Shown here one piece after another: positions 1 through 14,300 of a stretch of 64,000 bases of DNA; positions within the stretch are counted from its first letter, which is position 1, and each line of letters opens with the position of its first letter. A program made the translations under genes and the position numbers. The DNA comes from Pocillopora damicornis (lineage: Eukaryota), in contig NW_020847372.1 in NCBI RefSeq assembly GCF_003704095.1, positions 372,001-436,000 on the forward strand, in the 5' to 3' direction. Below the pieces are notes generated by a model. The model did not search any database and was not told the DNA's origin. It saw only the letters and a program-made list of their open reading frames with translations.

Positions 1-1608
1 AAAATATTGAGATGAAATTGTATGGTAGAGACAGTTGTCTGTTACAAATATATCTACTTCCCACTGCTGTTAAGAAACAAAAGATAAACAATTTTAAGAA
101 AATGTATAACCACATGGAATTAGCTGGCTAACAAAAGCACTGCAGCTATAACTGTTTCGTTTAAAAATAAAATGATATTTCTATTATAATAAGTGCATTG
201 TTTCTAGTTTCAGTCAATGATCATGAAGTCCTAAATAAAATCCTTCAAACAACCTCAAAGTTGGAAGTTGGCTTACTCCAAATATTGTATGATGTCATGA
301 AAAACAGAGTACAAGAATTTTTTATTACAAGTCTTTCAACTTTCCCTTTCAATTTTGTAGTTAGGAAAGCATTTCTAATCAGTGCCTAATAAAGCATTAC
401 TATTGTAGATACAGGTTTACACATGTAAGTAAAATGAGGACTTTTGTATATATCCATTCATGTTCCTAATGTATTGCATATATTGAAACTTTTGATTTGC
501 TATTTGAGGTCTACAACATCCAAATACAAAGCACTCTTCCATGTTCTCTACAGAGTGTACTGTGATCGATGACAAAGAAAAGCTACAAAATGTTCTTGAA
601 AGTTGCTCCTAGCACTTCTGTCAGCCACAAGCATGTCCTAGGGGCATGTAGGAACAAGAAACTTTATTTTTTGATAAATGAAAGTGACTTCCAAACTGAA
701 ACACCTGTCAGTCTGTGATGCACATGTCTGTATTCATCATACATCTAAACACATGCTTGCATTCAAAACTAGAGGAGTTGGAAGAGTTGGGTTATATCTT
801 TGTAAAAATAACATAGCTATTTGTAGATGCATGACGCACAAGCTGTTCGCTAGTTTTCAAAAGCCAACTATCTTTTCTCAATTTTGTTTTGTACTGGAGA
901 AGTTTAGTTCGCAGTGCTACTTGATTCATAACTGGAGAAACTTTTAAGTTAAATTGGATGTGGTTGATAGATATCTGAACTCGGTTGATTCAAACACTGT
1001 CAAAATAAAGCTTTTTTCAGGGGTAAACAAATGATCCATAAAGGAAAAAGATTATTCAAATTTTTATCCCCAAAAATAGAGCGCATTAAGGATAAGTGCT
1101 AAAGGCTAGGGAAGAAGGAAGTTCTGACAGCAGACACGAAACTGCCCCATGCAACGTAATACGACAGCAAAAATAATATTGAAAGGTCTGAAACCCTGCC
1201 TATTTATATGGCTATAAGCCAAGATCATGCGGTAGTTTGGACTTGTTGTCATTTCTGCTTATAGAAAAGACACGACTGGCTTTTAGCTTAAGCAAATACA
1301 CTTTTTCCTTGAAGATGACCCTTGATTTGAGGATGTTAGCTTTCATTCCAAATGCATTACAAGAAGCCTTTCCATAGAATTAAAGTTAATTCTCCTTCGC
1401 TCTGAAGTTGTGCGATAAAAACAGAGTTAAAAACAAGGACCGTGCGACTAAACACCGTCTACTTCAGTGCATAAGTTTCACCAGCGATCACTTCACGTTC
1501 TCAGTTAATCAACAAAAAAATCCGTCGGATCTCATATAAAATACTATTCCTTCAAGCAAAAGGGAATTTAGTAGTTAAACTTGGCAGGAAATCTTAAAGT
1601 TTGCCTAT

Positions 1609-1749
1609 TTGGTAAAATTTCCGCACAGCCCCATACTATTGTAAAACAGATCTGTTTTCCTAATGGCAATGTATTGTTTTTGTCATTGTTTTCTTTATCC
1701 AAGAACTGAATGCATAATGTAGTATGGGGCTGTGCGGAAACTTTACCAA
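1609..1749. mobile_element. MITE-like element with ~30-bp terminal inverted repeats
   Basis: TTGGTAAAATTTCCGCACAGCCCCATACTA ... TAGTATGGGGCTGTGCGGAAACTTTACCAA. Confidence 0.65.
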
Positions 1750-4700
1750 TCATTCCGCTGTCGCTTTACTGTGGTCCTATCCTAGGCTGACTTCTCTAAA
1801 GAAGGCGGCTGTTTCAGTTGTAGTATTAAAATTAGTGTGGTTTTACTACTAGTAAATACATACAACAATGAACATGTACTTCAATTATTACCAGTACTTA
1901 CAGGGGGTTTTGAAAACTCCAATGCAACGATGGGTACACGATGGCTCCACTCACAAGTACACCCAGCTCAATAAAAACGTGAAGTAACACCAGAACAAGA
2001 CGATTTTCACGTCCCATATTGTTCCTTTCCAAAATTTCCCTCTCAGTAGTGTCGTAATCCAAGCAATGATTGCAACGGAATTATTGATGATATGTACAAA
2101 CTAATATTTCGAAAACGAAGGCGTCTTTCGCCGTGAATAAATAACCTACAAATAAAGCAAGGAAAAAGGAAATTGTGTAGTACTTCTCCGTCTCAAAGGT
2201 CAGTCATAATCGGGTGCCAACATGCTAACGCTCAAGCGTCGTCGTACTCGTGAAAATTAATCCGTCGGAGATCCGTGGGGGTAAATTGTAGTGAAGCTCC
2301 AATATCTTTCAATCCCTGTCATTTGATTGGTCAGACGTCACGTGGTTTACTTTAGTGCCAAACGATTTTTTACAACCACTTCCATTTAGAGAAGAAAGGC
2401 AACTGGCAACATATGAACTATTGTTTATTAACAATATGTGGTTAGAAAGATGAAAGAGGATGACACGAATTCCGAGAAAAATTACCAATAAAGTTTTATA
2501 GGAGAGACGTTTTTTAACTTTTTTCAAGACCGGAAATTAGACACAAACTGGCAATAGATTAAGCGGGAGCTGATGCATAACACAGACGTGAGAGTAAATT
2601 AGACTTAGGTAAATTAGATATATATTTTACCTGAATTATCTTCACTTCTGTTTCGTGACTATGACTGTTCAAATTTCAATACCCGATGCACAATCGTTTA
2701 TTCTCTCCTAGGAATTCATTCTATAGAGTGATTGTGCGTCATCATAAGAAGTAGTAAACCATTGTTTGTGACAGGTTTTAAGAAAACGAAGACGACAAAG
2801 CCGGATTTTAAAATTTTTAACCGACGTAACAAAGGAATAATTTATCCAACACTCGTAGTAAACCTCGGAAATACCCCATTAGAAATAAAAAGACTAACAA
2901 ATGATTGTGGTTGAGTCTCTGTGGTTGTTGAATGTCTGCCCGCATATAGCGGCACTTGGCCAAGATTTATCTTTCCATTCTTGGCTTTCGATCGATCATT
3001 GTGCTCTGGGAAACCAGCTAAATACGCAGTCTAATTAATACGCAATTCTCAGGGGGTTATCTGGAGGTGAAACAAAACCCTTCGTTGGCAAAGAGACGAC
3101 GGGAGCCGGGACAAGTTCTTTGAAAACTACCGTCCTCTGTTTTGCACATTGTCAATTTGTGAGAAACCACAGAAACAATTACAAACTGCACCCAGTCATT
3201 AAGGATGCGAAAAAATAGTTTACAATATTGGTGAACCTTTCCCAGACGCCCTCATTGACCTTGGCAAACTAACATCCTTTGGAGTTTGGGCAATGACCCA
3301 GTTATCCTCGTGACGCTCTCGCATAAATTCATTTTGACTGCTCAGCCTGCTTCCTTTTGTGTTACAAACACTTGGCTTGGTAGACATTGGCGATGGTGAG
3401 ATCTGTTCAATATAATAGATCGCCAGTGCCCTCTCTGCTTCTAAGCTCTGTCTAGACAGCATTGGCTTATATAGGTTTACGGGTTGAAAGCATAAAGTTG
3501 TAATGAATCATGTTTCTTGTCCTTCTATAAAAGAAGGCAAGCAAGATTTAAATCATTGCAGAAGTTTACTTATTCGTATGTTTTATTTATTTGTTTTTTC
3601 CCTTCTACAACACTAAATGCTGGTTTAAACTTTCTTCAGACAGAAGCAAAGTTTTCAAATGCTGCAGGAGACTAAATCCTTTCGAGTCCTCTTTTATTCG
3701 GAGCTTTCTACTTCTCCTCGAGACGATAAGTCCATCAAGTGATCAGAGAAGTTACACAATTCATGTTCTCTCGTTACAACTTGATTTGAGAGACAGCGAC
3801 AAGTAGCCTTGCTTCCACCCGCTGAGGTCATGATCAGATAGGAATGTCCGATACACAATTTACAAATGGGCGTAGTTTTTTGAACGGCAGATTTCGACTT
3901 CAGGGAAACCGGCAATTCTTCTCAAATTCTTGTCATGATCTCTTTTCTACATGTTGTGAACTAAGAAGGGTTTATTCTGTTATTGAAACAGTTCAAAAGG
4001 CTAGATCCAGTAACATATGGAGCTAAACATCGTGTCCGTGCTTGAGATAAGGAAAAAGTATGAACATCTTTACGGACTTATCTTCCCTTCTATCGACAGC
4101 TCTTGCGGCATAATGGCTTATCCGGGCTTATCTATTCCAAACAAGCAACGTTCTACAAGAACGTTCTCCTTTAAACTATCATTTTCAATCGTAAATAGAA
4201 ATTTAAAAAAGGTTCACAATTTGAGCAAGAACAACACTCTATCTAAAGTAAATCATAACATATGTATTTGAAGGATATAGTGATGGCGGAAACGTTATCC
4301 ACCTTTTAAAAAGTACAAAACAACCAGACTTATCAGTTTTGAATATAAGAATGGCTAGCCTTCATCTCAATCGGCCAACGTAACTAACATACTCTAACTA
4401 CAGCCATGACACTATTACTCATACTGCTAAATGCTTTATCCGGTCTTTTTATCTACTCCAAACAAACAACAGTTTTAGAACTACGCCCTTTTTCATTAGG
4501 TAACAAGAATCCTTTGTTGTAAGACGAAATTAAGGACAATTGGTATCTGTTATACATCACTATATTGAGTATACTTGACCATAAAATCAACTACAACTGA
4601 TTCCTCCAAAGACAAACCTTATCTGTGTCTTAGGAAAGATATCATAAAGCTAGCATACACGTCAAAACAAAACAACTAGATTTATCTCAAGAAAAAGAAT

Positions 4701-5338
4701 GGCGGCTTTTTTCTAACCTTTGTCTTAACTAACTAAGCCAAACTATCTACGTGAACGTTACAACCTACTACCTTTGCATGTCGTGATGCGTGACGTAAAT
4801 GTCATGGTCTTAATCGCAGCTAGAAAAACTCTACAAATTTTTCACATTCCGTCATCGTTCACATCAACAAAACAATTGTTCAAGCTCTAGATTTTCAAAT
4901 GCAAAACAAAACCTTCGTTGAATCTAGCTATTTTCGCCTACAAATAAACCAGTTGAATCTCAAAAGACTGGACTAATTGTTTAGTTGCACTCAAATACAA
5001 AACAATCGCCACTCACTTAGCCGAGTGGTTGTGGTCTACGATATCCTTTTTCACTAACGTTACTTGGTTAAATTGTTATAAAAATTGAGACTTGTAAAAA
5101 ATCAGATGTATATACGATCTAAGAAATCCTAGCTTTCAAGAATGTTATGTATAAACATGGGGATCTTTCGACCGCCTATTCAGTCAAGAACAACTGGTTG
5201 ACGCTATCGATGTGCTAACATAGGGCTACTTCAATATATTAAGGAAAGTGTCCGATTAAGCGGAGATACTCCATTTGTAAAAATTTTCACGGTCCACCGC
5301 TGTCGCATCACAATACAGATAAGCGTGGTGCATTTCTT

Positions 5339-8300
5339 TCATGAGTAGCCGAACCGTGCTCGGCCTTTCTTCACCTGACGGAATCTTTGTACATTGCTGA
5401 GCCTGCCTCCTTTGGGTGCTGGGCTACGAGAGACCACCTTCACTTCTTCAAGAGACTGCAAAGTAATAATAATAAAAAAGAAAAGTATTAATGTCGAAAA
5501 AACAAAACTTCCAAATAGCTGTGATATCAAATAAAATTTTTCATAAAATTATGCTGAGGTATCTCCAACGCTATGCAACTTACTGGAAGAAGTATGAATT
5601 ACAAAGCACGATCCATAATATCTTCTGCTATATCTAGTTGCTTAAAAACATCATTACATAAGGTAAGAGGGGCATATTTTGTAGCGCCTTTCTTTTAAAA
5701 CAGGCCGCGAAGTGATATAGAATAAAGAGGAGAGAGCCTTTATTTCGAAGGAATATAGCTAGATTGCTTGGTAGGATTTAAAATGACGGCGTTCGAAGAA
5801 AACGTTTTTGCCACCTTCTTTCTAGTATAAAACACATCATCTTCCCAAAAATTCCTATACTTTTTAGCAAGATTGAAGCTAGCGGAGGGGTATGATCCAG
5901 AAACCATGGAATTGTTTTTGAGCACGTTTTCATTTTTTAAAGACCATCCACGCCTGATGACATTTGGCTCAAAAGATAGCTGAAAAGAAAGGTTTTTTTA
6001 GAAGGCCCCTGCACAAAATGTTCCTGTTTCCTCAGGTATTGAGTTCTTTTCACATAACCAGGGTAAGTCTCTAAGCAAAATCACGTCTGTTGTACAATGA
6101 AGGCAGTTGTAATTTTGGTTACAAAGTGACAAAAAGTAAAAAAAAAAACACTGGAATTATAGAAATCACTTTTACTCACTTTAAGACGGTCCTGGTAAAA
6201 GCAAAGGACTTGGTACGTTTGTCCGATGGTCAGACTCTCTGGAAACACAAGGTGAAGGACATTTTCTGGAGATTCAATGCCTAGCGATTTCCCCGACTTG
6301 TTTAAGTCCATAGGCCAAAGAGAAGACTCTCGCATACGCTCGGCTAGAACCTCTCCGGGCTCGGGTCTCATTTCTTCGGATGAAAGATAGCGGAAAATGA
6401 AGCGTCGGAGTGCTATGGTGATGGCACGTAGCGTAGAACGATCCGCCTCACTCTTACCAGAGAAAAAGGCTGCTTTGGCCAAATCATCTGTGATCTCTTT
6501 GGGTATAGAAGCACGATAAGTATCATTCACGCGCTTGGCAGCGGATTCAGCCAGTGTGTCTTCAAGAAACTCGTAAAGGGCGACCACGTGCATAAGTTGG
6601 ATTGCACTATGGGGCTGTGGGAGTAACTGCTTTGGAAATGGTCTCGACCCGCCCAGCCACTTGTCTGTAAATTCTGTTAAAGGTTCCTCAGGTTTTCCAT
6701 GTTGATGTCTCTTTAACAGGCATAGGACAATTTCCATATGTTCTAACAATTCCTGGACGCTCTCAAGGCTGTCCTCGCTCTGGCGTACCAAACCACTCCG
6801 CAAAATTTCTGTCAATGGCTGTTGAGGAATAAGCTTTTGTAATTCATCCAGGATACCTCGGCATGTGTGAAAAAGCTCTCGAGAGAAGATAAACTCGCGC
6901 AATCCGTCGAAAGTCGAAAGGAAAGCTTTTCCTACAAGGAAGCGGGCTGCCATTTCTTTTTCAATCTTTGCAAGATCATAAAACACTTCTTTTCCATGGC
7001 CATACTCAGTGTTACGCTGAGAGTTCCTTAAAATGGCATCCGACCACTGGTATTGAATTATTTCTTTCTCACGAGCCTCTTGGACGTGGACCATTGGAAT
7101 GGAACACTTTCCCTCGTCTCGCTCTAGAAAGATCAAAGCAGACGATTTCCCTGTAGCGCCAATACTAAGAACCTTCTGCATGAAGTCGTTCTGTATTTTC
7201 TGAAGTACTTCCATGGCAACACAAAGGAACACTCCTTGATCTCGCTTTTCAACAAGGCAGACAGAAATCGGCGAGCTTTCGCTGACGTATGGAACTTCTT
7301 TTTGCAGCTGTTCCTTGAGAAGGGGACGCATCTCCTCAAACGCAGCGGTAAAGTTCTCAAAAGCCTCTTTTAGTTGCTCTCTTTCCGCTGGTGATTTGGC
7401 TTTTTCTCGAATAACGTCGCCAATCTTCTTGTTGATGTCCTTACGGCTGAGGCGTCTGCTCAAAAGTGAATCAACGATACGACTCCAGGAAACAAGGTGG
7501 ACTAGGTTTCCCACGAGTGGTAGACGGTCATCAAAATCCAGAAACAAACCCAGCAACGGAAATTTGTCTCTCTCTTTGTCCTCAGTTAACATGTAATATG
7601 ATTTAAGGGCATTGAACGTTTTCGGCAATGTTACTCTAAACAGACGGGGGATGTGTAGGTTTCTCTCATTCATTTCTGAAAACTGGAGGTTGTCAGTCTC
7701 TTCAATCTTCCTTTGAGTTGCTGATGAAGATGCGTCTACAGAACGTTTGAGCAACTTTCTTGGATGAAACTCGCGGAGTAAGGGCCCAATCGATGATGCA
7801 AACTTCTTTTCCCAAGACAACCTTTCGTCTGGCGAGCTACAGATACTTGCGGAAGTAAGAATGGAGGAACACTCTTCTAATGCACAATGTAGGAAACGGA
7901 GAACTTCTTCTTCTTTAGCATTTAAAATACTACACAGCACCTTTAAGTCGTTTGATATCTGTTGAAAACAAATCTCAGAAGGACTTCCTTCTTTCGGCTT
8001 AGTGTTCAAGAATTGACCGAGGGAGCTGTTATCAAACAATTCTAGTGCAAAGCCTCCGTAGAGCGCTGCGTGAACAAACAAGTGAAGGATACGGAATTCC
8101 GCAGGTTTAAGCTGCCGAACGCAGAGGGAGATGTCATCAGAATTTAAAAGTGTGACGTAACCCTTTGATGCCAACATCCCTTCTTGAGCGCTTGCCTCAT
8201 TGGGTATGCCCTTTTTCTCACTTTCGTTAAGACAGCTTGCTTCCTTGCCATCACCGACCACCGCATAGAAGGTGCCACAAGACCACGAAGAAGAGGTCGT

Positions 8301-11300
8301 TTTCGATTGTCGTGTGACATCGTAATTCCAATGTCTTTTGAACGGTTGCGATCCACCTTCCCCTGATGCTAAGACACAAGAATTTACGGAAGCCATTGGG
8401 TCGACGAAGTATGACATCATAGCCGGTGTCCCCTTCTTTGTACTTGTAAAACTTGAGGCAAGGATAATGCAGAGGTGTAAAATCAATGTCGACTTGTGCA
8501 CATCTTCTGGCGATGACTCCGGCGAAATGCAAAGTCCCAGGGCATTAAAATCTTTTTTTCCAGTGATTCGTTGTAGAAGGTTAGCGTAAGGAGTTTCCAC
8601 TTTCTTTATCCTCTCTATGATAGACGCAATTGCCTTATCCTCGCTATCTTTCAAGGTTCGTCTGGAGCGTACTAGAAAAAACGACTTGGCCAGGACAGTT
8701 GCCGCTTCAACCCTGATTTGCACTGACTGAGACATTGAGGCTATGACATCTTCAAATGGCTTCATATTTTTCTTTTCGAGAAGAGTTGCCAGTGCAGCTT
8801 GAACTTCTGAGTTTTCCGAGAATGATTGAAAAGGATCAAAACTAAGTTTAGTAACTAAGTTGTCATCTTGCCACTGTATCATTTTCAACGCTGGGAGTTT
8901 ACAGCTTGTTTGACAAAGTGTATAAATCTGGTACATTGGGAGGTTCTTCTTCAGCTTCTTCAGAAAGTATACTTGCAGCTCCAATATCCTGGTATCACGC
9001 AATTGATCTGCCCCATTTGAGGTAAATGCGGCATTTATTTCATTAATTAACATGGAAAACTCTCCGTCCTCAACAAGGTGAGAACTGTTTTCCAGAATAA
9101 ATGCGCAAAAGGATGTCAAGAACGCCTTCAGGTAAGCCACTGCACAGAGAAGATGAAACGGTCCCTGTTCGACGTCTTCGTCTTCTGTTGCGCTTGCTTT
9201 AACGTCTTCTGTAGGCTCCATCGCAATTTGACAGGCCTTGCGAAAGTTCAAAAGCAATCGATCTTCGGAACCTGAAACCGTCGAGAAGTCTATGTCCAAG
9301 AATGCAACTTCATTTATGAGATCACAACAAACAACAGCAAAAGGCGAGTCAAGCTCGACGTCACCAGGAAGAGTTGATAAGGCATAACCAATTTTCTGGA
9401 GACCTGGGTGATCACCTATGGTTTCGGGGTGGTCTAAGAGCTTCTCAAAAACACCTGGGGAAAACTCTTCTTCTACGAGGAATACTCGGTGAACCAGAGG
9501 TCCAGCCAGTTGAATTAGAGACTTTTGTCCACTACGACAAATTCTTGCTAGTATAGAACCAAGAACTGGAGTGTCTGGATTGGAATCGATACAGCGCCCA
9601 TAGTAGAGCATCAGAAAGTCCTCCAACCTTTCTTGTTGAACGCCTCGTTTTGCCACCTCGTCAACAACATTTACAATTCGATCAAAAACATCTTGGGAGT
9701 CGAGGTAACCTTCAGAGTTTCCCATTACTCCAAATGAACCTAGCATGTAAAGGGAATACGGTTCGAGAGATTCAGGTAAAACTAGTAGGGTCACAAAGTC
9801 GTAACAAACACGAAGAAAGTGAAAGGCAGGGCTTTCAACTTGCAATCTGCTGACTGTAGAAAGAAAGAGACTCGTCGTCCGTTGCCAATTGTCAGGGCCT
9901 TCAAAGCTTTCTATCACATCGGAAGTTGGAAATAAGGCTGAACACAGTGTCTCTACCAAAATTTCATCAAAGCCAATCCTTGTTTCATCAATAGCTCCAT
10001 CATCTGAGATTTCATCCCCTGTGTGTTCGTTCTCTGGGTCACTCTCCTCCTCTGTGTGTTCGTTCTCAAGGTCACTCTCTTCCTCTTGGTCATCTACCGC
10101 TTTCTTGTCGTCTTCTACCCTGAATTTATGGTCTTCTTCACCAAGCTCCTCGTTCTTCTTAATGTTTACTGGGATTCCTTCCCCTGTGTCTTCGTTCTCT
10201 GAGACATTTTTCTGACCTATTTTTTCTTCTGCTTTTTCCCCTTCCTCTCCTTCAGAGTTATGCACCTGTTTTTCAACATGTTCATCGTCAATGGTAATAC
10301 CCTTTTCAACACGGCCTGCTTCACCGAGAATATCCCCATCCTCGACCCTGGTTAGAGCTTCCTCATTCTTACCATCATTGACTGACGTTGTCTCCACAGA
10401 ATGTTGATGCTCAGCAACTTCAGCTGTTCCACTAGGTTCTTGAACCCGACTGATCTCGTCTATGTCCTTACTATTCTCGCCGTTGTCCGCCCTTTCACGA
10501 CCGCATAATTCTTCGTAGTGATGTCCCTTTATTGAACCGTCTGTGGACGGTAAGTGTTCTTCTACTGCCTGTGGTTCATCTCCTTGTTGGTCAGGTTCGT
10601 CCACGCTTTTTACTCCCACGTTTTCTACCAGCTCTTTTTGTTCTTCCATTCCCTTTCCTAGACTGCCTGATTGGCCACCTTTTACTTCTTGAAACTTGTC
10701 GTTTCCAAGTTCAAATTTCTCTTGTTCTCCTGACGTCTTCTCGTTGCATCGTTCTAGTTGCAGAGACTCAGTAGGATTTTCTAACAGAGTTAGTGCTGAG
10801 AATCCTTCGCCGGTGCCGTGCTCCGATTCAGCGTTTTGTTGTTCATTCTGTACGCTACAGCTCACTTCTATGTCTTCTGTTTTTTCGTAATTACTTATAC
10901 ACTGGGCTTCATAAATTTCTTCGCACTGCAATTGAGCCTTGCTTTGAAACAGTATTTCCTCAAACACATTGGACAGCTTGCAGAACAACTTTGTTAAGTC
11001 CACATGTTTGATTTTGGAGCATGTCGCGTAAACCTGAAGTGCCGCCGTGTACAAGGTTTCGTTCAACCAAAAAAGAGAATGCAGGCGGGTGATAAGTCGA
11101 GCAGGGTCTCCATCAATTCTAAACTTAATATCGTTTGCCATCGCAGACTTCAAAAACTCAATCCTCTCCTCACGAAAAAATACGTCGGAAAAGTGAACGG
11201 TTTTCATGTCAATAAGATCTTCCACATAGTCCCCAATATTCTGTTGAAGGTATTCCAGCTCTACTACTTGAGGAATTTTCTCTTTTATCATGGCACTGAA

Positions 11301-14300
11301 CCTGTGTAGCTGCGATTCTACCGCGACGTCGTGCAATTCGCTGTTTTCATCCAGGTTTGCCTCATTCAAGAGGAGCTGCCTTTGATCTTCAGCAAACAAA
11401 GGTTGAATTCGGTCTACTTTATCACAAAATATTGCTGCAAGAGGAAATTTCAGCTGCAAGTGTCGCTCAGGAACAAAGTAAGACTCTGCTCCTTGGGGGT
11501 CCGGGATATCTTCAATGTTGAGGATCTCTTGGTCCAAAATCAATTCCGACCAAACTTGAAGTTCTTCCTCGTCGGAAGGATCGTTTGTGTAAAGAAACTT
11601 TGGCCAGGCAGATTTCTCCTCTAAGAAGTAGATGATCTTTGCCAGTGGATGACGTATGAGATGGCTGACATAATGCTGAATGGCTCCTACTAGATGTGAA
11701 GACCTAATTAAAGCTTGACGATCGCATGCAACTGAAAATTGCCAAGTTCGACCTTCTTGATGCTGGAAACTGTCGTCAAGTCTTTTATTTAACCACCGTT
11801 TCACGAGCTCTTTGAAACATTCCAAGATCTTCGCGTTGGAAGGCAACCTTAAAAGCTCTTCTATCTTGAGAATTTCATCCACTGAAGGCTGGCGAATGGC
11901 TGGGTACTTTATTCGAGTGAAGCACCAAAGAAATTCGTTTGACGCCACTTTAGTAAAAGAGAGCGACTTGGTATCCATAAGGTCAATGACAGTTACATCT
12001 AAACACTCAGTAATGGGCAACGCAGGGGGTTCCAAGACATCTATTGTTACCTGCTTCCAACCACTTTGGAAACTAAACTGCCAGTGCTGACTTTCAACTC
12101 CATTTGCTTTACTTTCCCTCTGAACATGGACAATAATGCAAACATGTTTGATCTGGCTTTGGGCTGCCTCCATTAATTCTTTTTCGTACTTCTGTCTCTG
12201 CTGCTCGATAATTGATTTGGCAAGAAGCATGTGGGTGGCATCCAACTCCGGCTTGCACTGTAGTACCAACAGCGTGTCACTGGATTTCCAAAATCTTTCC
12301 AACTGCTTTGTTAAGTGCTTTTCTGACTTAAAAGCGCTTAACTTTTCCGTTTGGCATTGTAGCAGCCCACTAAGACACTGCGCTACATTCACGTGGATGT
12401 TACTATGGGTCATGATTAGCAGTCGAATACCACTGGTGGCGTCATCATCCAGTTGTAAGTCCTCCAATGAGTGTTTCAAATACTCTTTCAATCCATTGTG
12501 TAATGGCATCTCAAAATAGGTCTTGTACAGGGCCTGGACTTCTTCAAAATTCTTTTCGGCCAGGGAAGATTTTAAGCTCCTCAAGACACCATCAGGAGAT
12601 GCTACTAACATGAGATCCTCCTTGCATTTTTCCAAAATTTTGTCTATGCCAAGTTCTTCTTCTTGACTGTTCTTGAGGACAAGTGAAGGTAGGGTATCAC
12701 CACAGAATCCAACAAACATATCTTCTTCGTGAAATTGGGATTCAAATTCAGGAATTGTGGATATACTTCTCACCCATTCATCCAAACTGTTAATAATGAT
12801 TCTCTGCTTTCCGTCAAGGACGTCCGTGAAGCGGAGCAGCTGCTTCTCGAAACGGTTCAGAAACGGAGGATCTGTGAAGTCAACCCTTCGTTGATCAATC
12901 AACACTATGCATCGAAATCCATCATGGACCTGACACATAGGATTGCTAAAGGCACCAAGTGCGACCCGACAGTTTCTCTTCCCTCCAACAACGGTATAAT
13001 TCTGGTTCAGCATATCATACAGACTGCCATAGATGTTTTCGAGATCTCGGAGAATGAGAACACAATCCCTCTCCATGCACAAGATAATGCGGCTCAGCAT
13101 TCGATAATTGTATTCTTCAGAAAGATCTTCTTCGAATCGACTTCCAAAGATGGTGATTTTCTCTTTGTCAAGACTTTGCAGAGTCTGATCAAGGATGCCA
13201 ATAGCAGCATCTCCATTCGTTATTATCATTAAATGACGGGCCAGTTTGTCGTGCAGATTGTCACGGATGAGTTGAGTAACTTTAAAATGATGAGTCTTCT
13301 CCATTAAATCCAGGGAGCGGAGTCTTATGTGAAACAACGTTTGAAAGTTGTTTACGTCACTAGGTACGCCACCAAAATTCCTCTGTAATGCATGTTGGAT
13401 CCCCTGTGTTTTCTCTTCGATGAGCGGGTCGTTAGAGGGATTGTGGTTCCTGTTTGAGCTGAGGCATTTGATAAGGCTGTAATAGTCTCGAAGTCCATGA
13501 AAGTTTGCATATTTTTGAGATCCTTGATATTCATGATATGCTTCGGCAAGGCAGCGAAGCTGCTTGTCATTTGGATAGGTGTCTTTGCGATAGATGTGTC
13601 CTGAACGAGTGCGAGGCACTCCAGATGCAGTTGCCCCACTACCTGCCTCTCTCAGAGACTTTCCAGTGTCAAACAAATCGTCCACATCTGGTTCAGGTCT
13701 GGACAGATGAATTGCACGGTTCATCTTTGCAGCATCTAAGGCCCAGTTCGATATGCCAACTACAGCAACATCAGGAAATGCACCATCGCCTGGCTCCAGC
13801 AGGCTGTGCAATACTTTCAAAGGGTTGTACTGTGATACCTCAGCCAGACCAATCTCATCAAGGAGAACAACTGGAAGAATATCTCCACTTTTGTTGTGCT
13901 CCTTGTACTTTCGCGCTTTCTCAAACACCTTGAGTATTCCATCCGATGTTGAGGACTCTGAACCTTGGTGAGAAACCACATATAGTTGTGGAAGTTTCTT
14001 AAGAAAAGGATCTTTAGCATCTTTTCCTCTTAAGTTGCTGCGGATAATTTGCATAGACAAAGATTTGCTACATCCTGGCTTTCCAACGACGAAAACCGGA
14101 ATTCGGTTCAGGATACAAACAAGCATAACAAACACATTCTCGCGAAGAGCGCCATTTTTAGCGGTTCCCTCTGGCAATTCCATTCTTTCAAGGTAATCTT
14201 CCTGCTCTGCTCTAACAATGTCCTCAAAGCTCTGTTCTTTAAATGTATACTTTTTGTGTTTTCTAAAGCACTCAGCAACGCGTTGTTGGTATCCCTTTCT

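Noticed and set aside
3000-4270. Several short ORFs with coding-like composition
   Set aside because: No consistent frame, splice structure or recognisable domain. Could be a decayed gene but cannot be supported without a search.
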